Origin: Vitrella brassicaformis CCMP3155
Lineage: Eukaryota; Protista; Chromerida
Direction of reading: 5' to 3'
DNA: 64,000 nt
Assembly (NCBI GenBank): GCA_001179505.1
Contig: CDMY01000276.1
Coordinates: 76,425 to 140,424 of the forward strand
Shown: piece by piece, positions 1 to 12,665 of the stretch
Layout: every line of letters begins with the position of its first letter
Position numbering within the stretch: the first letter of the stretch is position 1
The notes under the pieces: generated by a model
The model's database searches: none
Seen by the model: only the letters and a program-made list of their open reading frames with translations
What the model was told of the DNA's origin: nothing
Translations under genes and position numbers: made by a program

Positions 1-2231
1 CAGAGCGATCCCACCCTCCAGCGCCTGCATCCCTGGCGCAGGGGACACAACGTCCGCCGCATCAGCCAACTGGAGCCACTCGCTGGCCCAGCTGGCCTTG
101 AGGTGCTCTCGGGCGGAGATCAGCCTGAGCGAGAGGCGGCTACCGTGCAGCAGCAACGGAAGCGAAAGCTGGCTGACAATGGTGGTGCTGACACGGCCGA
201 CTCGACGACGCTTGTGCGGCAGGACAGCGACATGCTGGTGAATGGAGTGGAGAGGGATGTGTTCAGCGGCAATGGTGGTTTGGAGGGGGAGGATGTGCGC
301 ATGGCCGACCACCCTGCTATCGACGCTGCGGATGGCGGCAGGGATGGGGATGCCGGCAACAGCCGCATGGAGCTGATTGACAGTCCGAACGATGAGTCGA
401 GTCCCGCAGCAGCCAGAGACCCCTGCTACGCCGCCCACAACAAATCTTCCATCACGCCGATGCCGAGACGGCCGACCAAGGCGGCCAAGCAGGGCCCGTT
501 CGCCGACCTGCTCATGCCGCCGAGGCAGGAGACCTTTGCCACGATGGCCGCCGCCGACATCAGCAGCATCCAGATCGACCGCATGTCCCCCCTGAAGGCC
601 CGTCAGGCCCGCCCGTCGCCCCACAGCGACCACACGTCCTTCTACAAGACGCGCCCGGCAGAGAAGCTCCGTCTCATCCTGGACATCGACAACACCCTCG
701 TCCACACGGTCCAGGTCGGCCATGTGGCGCAAAGCAACTCCGGGGCGACAGGCGTGCCCTACAAGCTCAATGGTGCCGATTTCCTGGACAGCACGGGAAA
801 GCCGGAGCTGTACATATGGCGGCATGCGGGGGCGGAGGGGGGGGAGGGGGGCGGGGGCCAGCAGGGCGCCACCCCCCTGTACTACTACATCAAGCTGCGG
901 CCGGGCGTGAGGGACTTTCTGCGGTCGCTGGCGCCGTACTACGACTTCGCCATATACACCAGCGGGGTGCAGGTCTATGCCTACGTCGTGCTGGCCATAC
1001 TCGACCCAGAGAGGAAGCTCTTTGCCGACAGGTGAGTGACTGAGGGAGGGAGGGAGGGGAGGGTGTGCAGCTGGATTGTGTGTGCGTGTGTGTGTGTGTG
1101 CAGGAATGTGGTGTGTCGCGAAGAGAGCCAGCCCAAGGAGGACACCAAAGAGCTCAAGTGGGCAGCGAACCCAACACGACCACACACGCATGGCATCGCA
1201 TGCACCGCACGAACATCCCATCCACCGATCCATCCCATCCAATCCAGTCCATTCACTCACCATTGTGTGTGTGTGTGTGCGTGTGTGTGTGCAGGAAGCT
1301 GTTCGAGGACCCGCGTGACCGTTCCATATCGGTGATAGTGGACGACAAGGTGGGCGTGTGGATCAACCCCTCAGAGCAGCCGCTGGTCATCCAGTCGGAC
1401 CCTTACATGTTCCTCAACACCACCCTCACACACAAGGCCGTCCCCCCACCGCCCCTCTTCAACCACCAGCACCAACTCATGGCCGACCAGGCCAACCTCT
1501 ACGCCGGCATCACCACCGTCGTCACGCATCCTGCCTTCGAGGGCAGGTACGAGCGGCTCCCGGACAGCGACAAGCAGCACGAGCTCACCACCGAAATATT
1601 CAAGCTGTTCAACGGCTTCACACTGCCGCTCAAGAGAGAGGGCGACGGGACCACTGCCAGTGCCAACGGGGTATCTGGAGGCGGCGGGGGCGGTGTGATG
1701 GACTCGGACCGGCAGCTGTGCTACCTCAAGGAGCTGCTGCTCAAGCTCTACAGGCGATACCAGATGGAGGGCGGACGCAGAGAGTGAGACCACACACACA
1801 ACCACACACACTCCACCCACCCACCATCCATCGAATGCACTTCTCTGTCTCTGGAAACGTGTATGTATTGTGTTCATGGATCAGGGTCCGATCGCTGCTG
1901 AAGGACATCCGCCAGGAGACCCTCCAAGGTGTCAGGATGCAGTTCGCAGGCTTCCTGGGCACACATTCTGAGTGCCGGGGCCACGAGACGCTCACGTCGT
2001 CGCCCAACCAGCGTGCGTACGGTCCGTTCGGGTGGGTGCAGCAGGACGAGCTCAAGAAGCACCTGGAGAGCATGGGGGCCGTCTTGACCGCCGACAAGGA
2101 CCTCAGGAGCGACACTACACACCTCGCCGTCTGGTCCGAGCTGCAGAGCGGATCCAAGATCGACACCGTCAGGTCAGTCTGTCTGTCTGTCTGTGATCTG
2201 ATGTGCATTGCGCGGATGCATCGGCCATCCA

Positions 2232-2270
<39 letters not shown>

Positions 2271-2777
2271 CTGTGTGTGTGTATATGTCTGTCTGTGTGT
2301 GTGTGGATCAGGCAATGGCGGCAGCAGGGTGCGTCGATCGAGTGTGTGCACTGGTCCTGGATCCAGGCGTGCGCCTCAACGTGGACCAGGCTGCCGGAGA
2401 CGCTGTTCGAGCCGCTTCCCCTCTACGCCAAGATGCCCTTCCGCGACCGCGATCTCAACACCCCCATGCCCCAGCAGGCCATAGAGGTGGCCGGCCAGAC
2501 CGTCTCCAGCACCATCAACATGTACATGAAGACCATCTGGGACCACACGGGATCGCTCGCGTCGTCCGCCAGGCCCAAGAAGGTGTGGAAGACCGCCAAG
2601 GCCGCTCAGACCGGCAAGGGCGCCAAGGCCTTCCGGGAGTACGTCTGTCCCTGCGCCAAGGTCGAAGGGAACCTCGTGGCGGGCCTGGGCGACGTCGTGC
2701 GGCTCAAAGGACGGTCCGCTGCATCCACGTCGGCTAGCATGGGGCCGGAGCTGTTCATTCCATCATCATTCAGCTGA
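1..2777 (+). CDS. FCP1: RNA polymerase II CTD phosphatase FCP1-like (FCPH/HAD domain + BRCT), 5' partial, multi-exon
   Basis: Frame open from base 1. HAD motif LILDIDNTLVHT, YYIKLRPGVRDFL...FAIYTSG...LDPERKLFADR, spliced to NVVCREE and IVDDKVGVW. BRCT-like segment VRMQFAGFLG...TTHLAVW...CVHWSWIQAC. Donors near 1032, 1158, 1784, 2173. The 3' end could extend via a further exon near 2950-3094. Confidence 0.88.
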
Positions 2778-3453
2778 TTCACCTGGATGATGGGGTGGGT
2801 GGTGGGTGTGCGTATCGGTGCGTCCAATGCCACGTGTTGTGTTGCGTGCATGGTGTGTGGGGTGCGGTGTGGTGTGGCAAGGCGCATGGTGTGGTGCCCC
2901 GCACAGAGGCACACATCATGCCAACGGATGGCGTGTGCGTGAGGGCCGCAGAAGGAGAGCTAGGGAGAGCTGCAGCCCTTCGGAGTCGGAGATTCAACGG
3001 CCGCTTTAACGGCCAGCGGAGCGGTCGAGATCTTTTACATACCGACAGTCTGATCAATCTGATCTGGCGCCAAACAAGCGCTACGGCCCGCTGACAGCAG
3101 AGGGCAAAAAAGAGTTGACAGCCTTCTGGTCACGCACAAGGGCTGGCATCATCGACACACTCGCACAAATGGCTCGTGACGTGCAGCAGCATACAGACAG
3201 ATAAGACAGACGGCAGACAGACAGATAGTTACATGCACACGTGCGTCACATGCCTGCCCCCTTCAGTCCTTCCTTCAGATCTGACACAAATGATTAATGC
3301 CCTCCCTTCTCTCTCTGGGAGCTGGCTACCATCCATCACAATGGATGGACCCACAGACTGTCCCTGAATGAATGGATGGATGCATGACCATGCATGACGC
3401 TGACTGACTGACTCACTCGCTGACTCGCTCAACCGTCCGTCCGTCCGTCTCTG

Positions 3454-3903
3454 CTACTTGCTGGAAGGCGGCTTCCATGACTCGGGGATGACGTCGAAGA
3501 GCTTCCTGCACGTGCTGTAGGTCACCTCTCTCACCTCCTCAAATCCTTTGGCAAAATTCTCCGTCTTCGGAAGCTTCTCGGGCGATGGATTCTGAACACA
3601 AAAAGCACCACAACCAGCCAACGCAGATAGATGCACCCACCGGGATCAGTCAATGAATCATCTGTGTGTGACAGGGTCCCTGCGCACCGTGAGGTACTCG
3701 TCGGCTTCTTTGAGTCCCCAGCCTAATCCCAACCCCGTGCCGATGCCCGTGAGCAGACACCTCATGGCGGCTCCCTTCATGAACACCAACGCCATGAGGC
3801 CGCCGCCCACCATGCCGAACCCCGCCTTCGCAGCTGCATTCACCGCCAGCCGGCTGTAACTCTCGGACAACGGCGGACTTTTGCTTTGCGCCGCCTCACT
3901 CAT
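3454..3903 (-). CDS. MIC10: MICOS subunit Mic10-like small membrane protein, 2 exons (3903-3688, 3591-3454)
   Basis: Two Gly-rich TM segments (AGFGMVGGGLMALVF; LLTGIGTGLGLGWG with GxGxGxG). GT at 3687 and AG at 3592 join in frame. About 117 aa. Confidence 0.72.
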
Positions 3904-4054
3904 CCTGGAGCTCCAAAGTGTGCGAGCTTGGATGAGGGAGCTGAGATCTTCCTCCGCCAGGCCGATCCCAAGCGTGCAGATGGCGTTGCCCTGACTGCAG
4001 ATCTTTGAGGGTTCATGCCTCCGTCGGTGATTTTGACAATAAGCAGAAAGAAGA

Positions 4055-5720
4055 ATGGCTCATCCTCGTCAACGACGGCAGCAGCGTCAGCATGAACGCC
4101 CTACGTTCCTCTGCGCCGTGACCGTCGCGTGTGTGGTGTCGTCGGCCGCCGCCTTTGTGCCCGTTCAGCTCATTGGAGGCGAGAGGGGTCTGCGGCCTGC
4201 TCCTGCTGTCAGGCAAGGCCATCATCATGACTCACAGCAAAGGAGGGCTTCAACGCTCTTTCTCACAGGTAGCATGCACCAACCAAACCTCACCCGTGTG
4301 CTGTGCTGCAGATGCGGGCGGGAGTTCACTCTTCTGTATGTGTGTGTGCCTTTGTGTGTGGCGTGGGTTGAACTCCTTCCTCATCAGGTCTGTCAGATGA
4401 AGCACCGGGTGTGGGTGGTGGGGTGGATGAGCGCCGTGTTGAGTGCCTCAAGAGCCTCAAAGGCGTCATCGACCCTGATCTGGGGCAGGACATCGTCACG
4501 CTCGGTGAGTGAGGAATGTGTTCAACAGTACAGACATGCACACACACACACACACGTGGGAGAAGTGTGCTAGTGACACTGATGTGCCTGGCTGGCTGGC
4601 TGGCTGGCTGGCTGATGATCCATCAGGTTTTGTCAAGGGTCTGACGATAGATGAGTCGACGGGCAACGTGGCCATGACGGTCGAACTCACAACGCCCGCA
4701 TGCCCTATGAAAGACCAATTCAGGTGCGTCGCTCCCGCCAGCCTCAGAACACACCATAACACACCATAACACACCGCACCGCGCGCACACACGCAGACCC
4801 ACGTACGCGGTGGCCTGTCCATCTCTCCCCTCTCTCTCTCTCTCTCTCTTTCTCTCTGTCTTGCAGAGAGAGCATCACGTCAGCGCTTGAAGTGCTCCCC
4901 TGGGTGAACGGCGTGGACATCACTTTCACCTCTCAGCCCATCGGCACACGCCCCTCGCCACTCTCACTCGATGGACAGAGGCAGCAACACGCCCCTGGTA
5001 CCCATGTGCACACACACACACACACACACACATGCACATGCCCCCAAAGAATGACACACTTTTGTGTGTGTGTGTGTGTGTGTGTGGATGCAGGTGGGAC
5101 GTCCCGCGTGCGGGCGATCATCGCTGTGTCGTCGTGCAAGGGCGGGGTCGGCAAGTCGACCACCGCCGTGAACCTCGCCTTCGCACTCAAACACATGGGC
5201 GCAAAGGTGCGCATGGGCGAGGGGGGCGTGGGTCTGGACGGATGGATGGATGGATGGATTGGTGCGTGTGCCGGTGTGAATGGTGTGCTTTGGTTTGGTG
5301 TGTCGCGTGACATGACATGACGTAGGTTGGGATCCTAGACGCTGACGTGCATGGCCCTTCGTTGCCCACCATGGTGCGGCCGAGCGAGCCGGTGGTGACC
5401 ATCGAAGAGGTCCCTGCCGAAGACGGACAAACCGTGCAGGTCAGCATTAGCATGCACGCAGCCATAGACAGACAGATGGACGAGGGATGAAGTGTCCATG
5501 TTGCTCTGTGTGTGTCCGTCCGTCTGTGTGTCGGGGTGTGTCACACACAGATTCTGAAGCCGATCGATCACGATGGTGTGAAGCTGATGTCGTTTGGGTT
5601 CATCAACCCGATGGCGGCCGTGATGCGGGGGCCCATGGTGACCAACCTGCTGAAGCAGTTCGTGGGCTACACGGACTGGGGCGAGCTCGACTACCTTGTG
5701 GTCGACATGCCCCCCGGTAC

Positions 5721-5755
<35 letters not shown>

Positions 5756-7441
5756 TGCACACCGTTGTCATGGTGGCGATGTGCTGGGTGGGTGCAGGCA
5801 CCGGCGACATTCAGTTGACGTTGTGTCAGAGCCTCGACATCACGGCGGCAGTTATCGTCACCACACCACAGAGGCTCGCGTTCACTGACGTCGTCAAGGT
5901 CACCCACATGGATAGATGAGTGGATGGATGGATGGATGGATGGACAGCCCCCCGTGTGTGTGTGTGTGTGTGTGTGTATGTGTTGTCTTCTGTGCTCAGG
6001 GAATTGACATGTTTGACACGGTCAACGTCCCATGTGTGGCGGTGGTCGAGAACATGGTGAGACGCCATCGACACACACACACACACACCACACTTGAACA
6101 CAAACCACCACATGGATGCGATGCACCCTTTACCAGGCGCACCTCACGACAGACGACATCGACACCGACCGCCTCGCCCGCGACATCGCCGCAGCCACAT
6201 CCATGACAGACCAACAGCTGAGAGATCAGCTGTCCATTCAGAACGGTACACACATACACACACACACACACACACATGAATGGATGGATGGATGGATGGA
6301 TAGACAGACAGACAGACAGACGCGCGTGCGTGTGGCGTGTTGTCTGTCCCCCACAGAGGATGGTGAAAGTGTTGGGCGGGAAGAGCTCGTCCGTCGGTGC
6401 GTCGACCGTGCGCTGAGGAGCCCCGACGTGAGGCGGAGGAAACGGATGCAGCTCTTTGGCAAAGGGCACAGACAGAGGTGGGCGGTGGGTAGCGTGGGAG
6501 GGAAGTCATCACCCCTTCATGGGTGGGTGCGTCCTGTCGTCTCTTATGTTTGTTTGTGTCAGGTTAAGTGACATGTGGGGCATCGACAACGCCTTTTCTC
6601 TGCCGCTGCTGCCATCCATCTCGCGGGCCTCTGACTCGGGCACGCCATTCGTCGACACCGACAGTGACACAGCTGACTCAGACAGTGAAACCGGAATCGG
6701 ACCGGCAGAGAGGGAGGCCAAAGACACCTACAAGAATATCGCGCAATCTGTCGTGCAGGCAAGCGACCGACCGGACCTTCGTGTGCAGTGAGTGCATCTC
6801 CGTGTGTGTGCGTGTGTGTGTGTGTGTGTGTGTCCTTAGGAGGTGGCGAAGCTGCAGTCTCTGTCCCGCGACAAGCGTCGGCCGGCGGTGCTTTATCTGT
6901 CTGAGGGCAACGAGCTGGTGGTGGCCTGGCAGGGGCAGCAGACGGCCATCCCTCCCGCAGGACTGAGACGTAAGTGCCGGTGCGCCGCGTGTGTCGAGGA
7001 GGGCACCGGCAGACAGCTTCTCGACCCCTCGGTAGGAGGGAGGGAGGGAGGGACACCCCAATACCCTCACACACACACACACACACACAGACAGAGTGCT
7101 TCACTCTGTCTGTCTCTCTCTGGATGGATGGATGGATGTGTCAGTCGGTGTCTGAGGATATCCGGCCGACGAGGTTAGAGCCCGTCGGCAACTATGCTTT
7201 GGGTGTCGACTGGTCCGACGGCCACAAGTCCATCTATCCCTACCGCGCCTTCGTCCCCGGCTACACGAGCAGGCGCGACACGGCGTACGAGCAGCTGGAG
7301 AGCTCTCGCGACAATGGCGACATTGTGCTGCTGCACAGGGTGCCCGCCACCAGGCGGACTGAGTCTGAGAAAAGGGAGACTGCCGCCGCTGCTGCGGCTG
7401 CGGCTGCTGCTGCTGCTGCTGCTGCTCCTGTGGCTTCGTGA
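4055..7441 (+). CDS. HCF101: HCF101-type Fe-S scaffold (DUF59 + Mrp/NBP35 P-loop NTPase + DUF971) with bipartite plastid-targeting leader, multi-exon
   Basis: [13 protein letters not shown] (DUF59), [63 protein letters not shown]-terminal [10 protein letters not shown] and [20 protein letters not shown]. Leader [15 protein letters not shown]. Stop TGA 7439-7441. Confidence 0.93.
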
Positions 7442-7927
7442 CGACTGGATGATCCGATGGATGGATGGATGGATGAGCTGTTGATAGGCGTAAATGGGAC
7501 GTGCTGTGCTGTTCTGAGCTGTGGTGTGAGTGTCGTGTGTGCAGAGAAGATGCAGAGAAGAGCTAAGTTGGATGAGCGAGCGAACGAGCGAGCGGCCTTT
7601 TTGTGTGCGTGCTGTATGGATGCGGTGCGGTGTGGTGGATATCTCGACAGACACATTTTGAGTGAATTTTTCACACGCACACACACACACACACACACAG
7701 ACAGAGAGTAAGAGATTGCACTGAGTGCGTCGTTCGTGAGGAATGAGCTCAGACAGACAGACAGACAGAAAGACAGAGAGCTCGCTCTGTTGTTTGCTTC
7801 ATTTGACAGAGCGGTGCAGACCAGACCCGAGCAGAGCAGAGCAGAGCAGAATATATGAGCCGAACCAACACATACACACCCACACCCACACCCACCCGCA
7901 CACAGACCGACTGACTGACCGATCGGC

Positions 7928-9417
7928 TCACGTGGCGGCCGCCATGCCGCCGTGGACACTGCGAACCTTCACGTCAAACCCTGCACACAAATCCTGTGAT
8001 GATTCAGTCAGAAGACACGCCACCATCCCACCCACACCACACGGCCTTTCACCTTTCCGGCAGTATGTGAGTATCCACTCCATCTCATCTGCACACACAC
8101 ACACACAGGGGCTCGAAACGACACGCCTGATGGCCCCATTCGTCCGTTCGTGTGAGTGTGAGCATTTCTCGCCTTGTGTGGGAACAGACAGGACGTCGTG
8201 GCCCTACACACACACACATACACACAGAGAGAGAGAGGCACACAGACACACCTTGCAGAGGGCCGGTCCTCTCTGTTCTGTCTCTCTCTGCACTCGTCAG
8301 CTTCGCCCACGTCATAGGAGATGATGTGCCCTAGCTCAGGCTCGAAGTAGCCGTTCCCAGTGTCGAAACAACCTACACAGACAGACAGACAGACAGTCTC
8401 TCTCTCTCTCACTCACTCTCTCTCACTCTCTCTGTCTCTCTGTAGCCATCTAGTTGTGTGTGTCTCTGTGTGTTTGTCCGACTGACCGTATGGTATGAGT
8501 GGTGAGGGCACTTCGTTGGTGAGGAGTGTGTTGCCGGCGGGCTGCAGACCGTGCAGCACCTCAGAGTAGAAACGCCGATCTGCATCGGTCGATACACACA
8601 GACAAAACACACACATGCACACGAACAAAGCAGCGCAGACACACACACACACACACTCGTGGCGCGTGGTGTACCTTTCCTTGTGAGGTATTGCCAGCCT
8701 CTGTCCTGGTACAGAAGACCATCGTTGAAGACATACTGACCCTGTCCACACACACACACACACACAGGGATGGATGGACAGAGCACGGCCGATCCTGTCC
8801 TCCCTCCATGTGGTATTTGTGTACCCCGACAGCGAATCCCCTGTCCCATTTGGCCACGTAGCGTCCTCCATTGGGGTAGATTAAGGAGCCGTCGCCATGG
8901 AACCTGTGTGGAGTGGAGGCACACAACACACACGTGTCCCTGCCTGTCCTGACAACTGACTCTGTCTGTCTCGATTGCACTCACTCTCCTTTGTGGAACT
9001 GCCCCTCGTAGACCACCCCGTTGGGAAAGCGATACCGACCGCTCCCCTCAAACCTGATGGAACGACCAACCATGTGTCACACATGCAAGGATGACCACAC
9101 ACACGGACAGACAGACAGACAGAGAGTGTGAGAGAGAGAGAGAGAGAGAGAGAGGAAGCGAAGCATCATCCCCCTCTCTCCGTGCGTTTGTGTGCTCGAG
9201 CCCGAGCAGGCCACAAACACCCACACCCACACCCACATCCCTACCAGCCATTTTTGAGTGGCCCCTCGTATGAGGTCCCGCTGAGGCGGCTCGTCGACTG
9301 GGTGACCGTCGCGGCGTCTGCAGGGGCGGCCGATGGCGGCGGGGCAGTGGGGGCGGATGCGGGGGTTGGGACAGTGCGGCTGGTTGCCTCTCGCGCCTCG
9401 TCCTGTGCGTCGCTCAT
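7928..9417 (-). CDS. MORN5: MORN repeat-containing protein 5-like (ciliary), multi-exon
   Basis: Spliced peptides YEGPLKNGW/FEGSGRYRFPNGVVYEGQFHKGE/FHGDGSLIYPNGGRYVAKWDRG/GQYVFNDGLLY/DRRFYSEVLHGLQPAG/GCFDTGNGYF/DEMEWILTYCRKG follow the MORN5 pattern in order. ATG 9417, TGA 7928-7930. Confidence 0.88.
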
Positions 9418-11034
9418 CCCCTCAGTCAGCTCAGGATGAGAACCGAAGGGAAGGCGTGCCCAACACCGGGGGGCAGTTGCAAATTTTGTAACCCTGGGAG
9501 TGCTTTAAGGGTTTTGACTCACTGCAAGGCTGGCCCTGTGAGTGCATTCAATGCTGGCCCTGTGGCTGCAGGGCGGGCCTTCTCACTGGAGGGCTGGCCT
9601 TCTGACTAGAGGAGGACATGCCAGCCTTCCGGCCGGCCACTAGGGGGTACCGGCCACGGGGCAGCTTTGGCGCACACCCGTGCACACTGAGGACACGTAC
9701 GTATGTGAATGTCTCTCTGTGTGTCCACGATGCAACGAGTGGGTCAGCGTGGACTGATGTGGTGGGTGGATGGATGGCATGCATGTTATCCGTGGGTGGT
9801 GTGAGGACACTGTGAGTGAATTCATCGCACGCACTTCAGTCACTCAACCAATCGGCACTCACACAAGTGACACACCATAGACACTGTCAGCATGCAAGCG
9901 AGCCAAGTGAGAAGGAAGGATGGTGTTACAACACCATGGTGGGTGAGCACAGCGCAGCCAGTGGTGTCTTGTCTGGAGGGGGAGGGGAGAGAGAGAGAGC
10001 GAGAGAAAGAGAGTGGGGTGAGGGAGTGGGGGGCAAGAAGAGCAGCAGCAAACCGAGGGAGACAGGAAGGCGTGCACCCACCCACTCACTCATCGCAGCG
10101 ATCAGTGTCAACCGAGGGAGGACATACATACACACGATCGATCGACCGATCGATCAATCAATCAATCAGGAAAAAGGGCAATCAACATGTCAACCAATTA
10201 ACCCACTCCCCCACCCTCTCCACACGGCAGGCAGGCGGACAGGCAGACATACACTTTGCAGTCACTGAATGACTGCCGCGTGTGGTCATTCCTTCCTTCC
10301 CCCTAAATTTCTCCAGTGCCTCTGCAACGCCGAGCACCCCACCTTTGTTTGTGTGTGGTGTGTGGTGTGCGTCCCAGACAGGCCCTGCAGCAGCAGGCAG
10401 GAAGCAAAGCAACGACCCACCCACCCGTGGCTGAGCCAGGCAGCCGCCAGAAAAATACTGCCTGCCTGCCTTCGTGTCAGCGAGAGAAAGCGATTCTGCC
10501 CTTCCTCGCACATATGGGTGGAGGGTGATGTGTGTGATGTGTCGATGTCAGGCTCGTAGGAGGGAAGCATGGCAGAAGGAAGGACACACCAGAGAAGAGA
10601 GACGCAGACATACTAAGAGGACATGCCCCTCTTCGCCCCGGCAGCCAGCGCACTTACAAATAGAGTGAGTGCATCAACCACCGATCGTCTCAACCAACAC
10701 ACCCAGACACCCAGACAGACAGACAGAAAGACAGACGGCAAACACAGCAGCCAGCACGCCGCATGCCAATACACGCCCGCACAGATGCTCGCAGCCAACA
10801 GGCCGCTCGCTTCATTCGCTCATTCGTTCGTCCTGTTGTTCTTTGAACAGACTGCTCCCATTCCCTCTCCGCCCCTTTCTCTAGACTACACAGTCAGTCA
10901 CGAAAAACAGACAGACACATAGCCAGACGTACGTACCGACGACGGACGCACAGACAGCCAGACGAAGATCAGCTTTGCTCTTGGTCTGTAGGCAGGGATG
11001 GATGGATGGATGGGTGTGTCACTTACTCCTTCAG

Positions 11035-12298
11035 TCATTCGCCCTGCACGGGAGGGAGCGGGGGGTGTGGGTGCTGGCCCTGGCCGTGGGCGTGCGACGG
11101 CGAGTGGTGGCCGCCGTGGCGGGGCGAGTGATGATGCTGCTCCATACCGTCTCCCTCCCACTTGGCCTACAAATCACACACACACACACACACATACAGA
11201 GTGACTGTGAGTGTGTGTGTGGTGGTGTTGGCTGGCTGGTTGGCCGGCTGGTTGGCCTGACCTGTATGTCGGGCACTGGTGCGGGTGCGAGTGGGTGTCT
11301 GAGCTTGGCGAACTGGTCGGACGGCATCGAGTGGAACAGATCAGACAACGACACGTACACCGACTCGTCTGCGCCCACACAGACAGCATACCACCCACAC
11401 CCGTCATGGCCAGCGTTGATCCCTCCCTCCCTCCCTCCCTCCTTCCCTCCCTCCATGGGTGTCAGTGTGGATGGGGCGGGGTGGTGGTCTACCTACCGTC
11501 TCCTTCTCCCTGGACTTTGGTCCTGTGTGTTCGTTGCTTGGGTCCCTTGGTCTGCCACTCGCCCACGATGGGCTTGAGGTGCTCGTGGCCGTCCTCGCCC
11601 TCCTCCTTCTGAAACGTCACCGGCTGGTAGAACGACTCCCCCGTCGACACTGATATGATGAACGAGTGATGCGGGCAGCGAATGCACGGCTGCATGACAT
11701 GACACAGAGAGCCAGACCACAGACAGACAGACAGACAGACGCACAGCAGAGACGAATAGAGAGAGAGAGAGAGAGATGCCGGGTGGCTGGGCGAGCGGGT
11801 GGGTGTGGCCATCCATCCATCCGACCTGTCCAGCGATGTCTTCGATGTCTTCAGCCTGGTAGAGCGGTCCGCCGGCGTGGTAGCAGTTGGCGTCGATGGC
11901 GTACACGCAACCATTGTACAGAAACAACGCCACTGCACACGACACGGACGAACAACGACACACACGCAACGAACGACGGGCAAAGCACAGAACGACAGTC
12001 GATGTCCAACGACGGCCCAACGAGCGACGTCCACTGCTCTGGCGGCTCTCTGTGCACATGTATGTACATCTTAAGAGTGCTGGCTGACCTGGTCGCCCGC
12101 TGACCACAACCAAAGTGGGACGCACACCCAGCTGCACACACACACACACACACCTGCCCTCCGACCGACCGACCTGTGTGGTTATCGCCTTACCGTCTTG
12201 AGTGGCACAGTCTTGAACCAGGGCACCCCCTGATTGTCGACCTCCGGCGCCGCGGCATGCTTGGGCGACGTCGGTCCGCCCAAACTGTGGGAACTCAT
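11035..12298 (-). CDS. RFESD: Rieske [2Fe-2S] domain protein, RFESD-like, with His-rich C-terminal tail, multi-exon
   Basis: VYAIDANCYHAGGPL, CIRCPHHSFIISVSTGESFY, WQTKGPKQRTH, VYVSLSD match the RFESD layout (CxH...CPxH). Last exon AKWEGDGMEQHHHSPRHGGHHSPSHAHGQGQHPHPPLPPVQGE*. Confidence 0.85.
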
Positions 12299-12665
12299 CT
12301 CAAGCTTCTCAACCTGTCAACGAAAACTGGTTGGCGGCTGTGTCAACGAGGTTAAGCGCCTCGGCTCATAGCGCGACACACAGCACACAATAAGGACAGC
12401 GTTCAGCGCCTTTCAAACTCCTTCGACAAGGCTGGAAAACGGCTCTGCAGAGTGCGAGTTGGGTGTTTCACTGGCGAACGTCGCTTCGTTCGTCGGTCTC
12501 TTTCTCCCCTTGAAGCCAAGCTCGCAGGCCCAAGAGCTCGCACAAGAGAGAAAGACAAAAAGAGAAGCAAAGCAGCCGCCAGACAAGCAGCAGATTCATC
12601 ATTACCCGACAGGCCGAGACCGACAGCAGCTGGGTCATTGAATCAACACACACCGGAGTGACATT

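Noticed and set aside
9550-11000. Possible small gene between MORN5 and the Rieske gene
   Set aside because: There are a few splice-like sites and short ORFs, but I could not assemble a coherent frame or recognise a motif.
4055-12298. Proximity of HCF101 (Fe-S scaffold) and a Rieske [2Fe-2S] gene as a possible Fe-S cluster locus
   Set aside because: They are separated by MORN5, lie on different strands and probably act in different compartments. Eukaryotic neighbours are usually unrelated.
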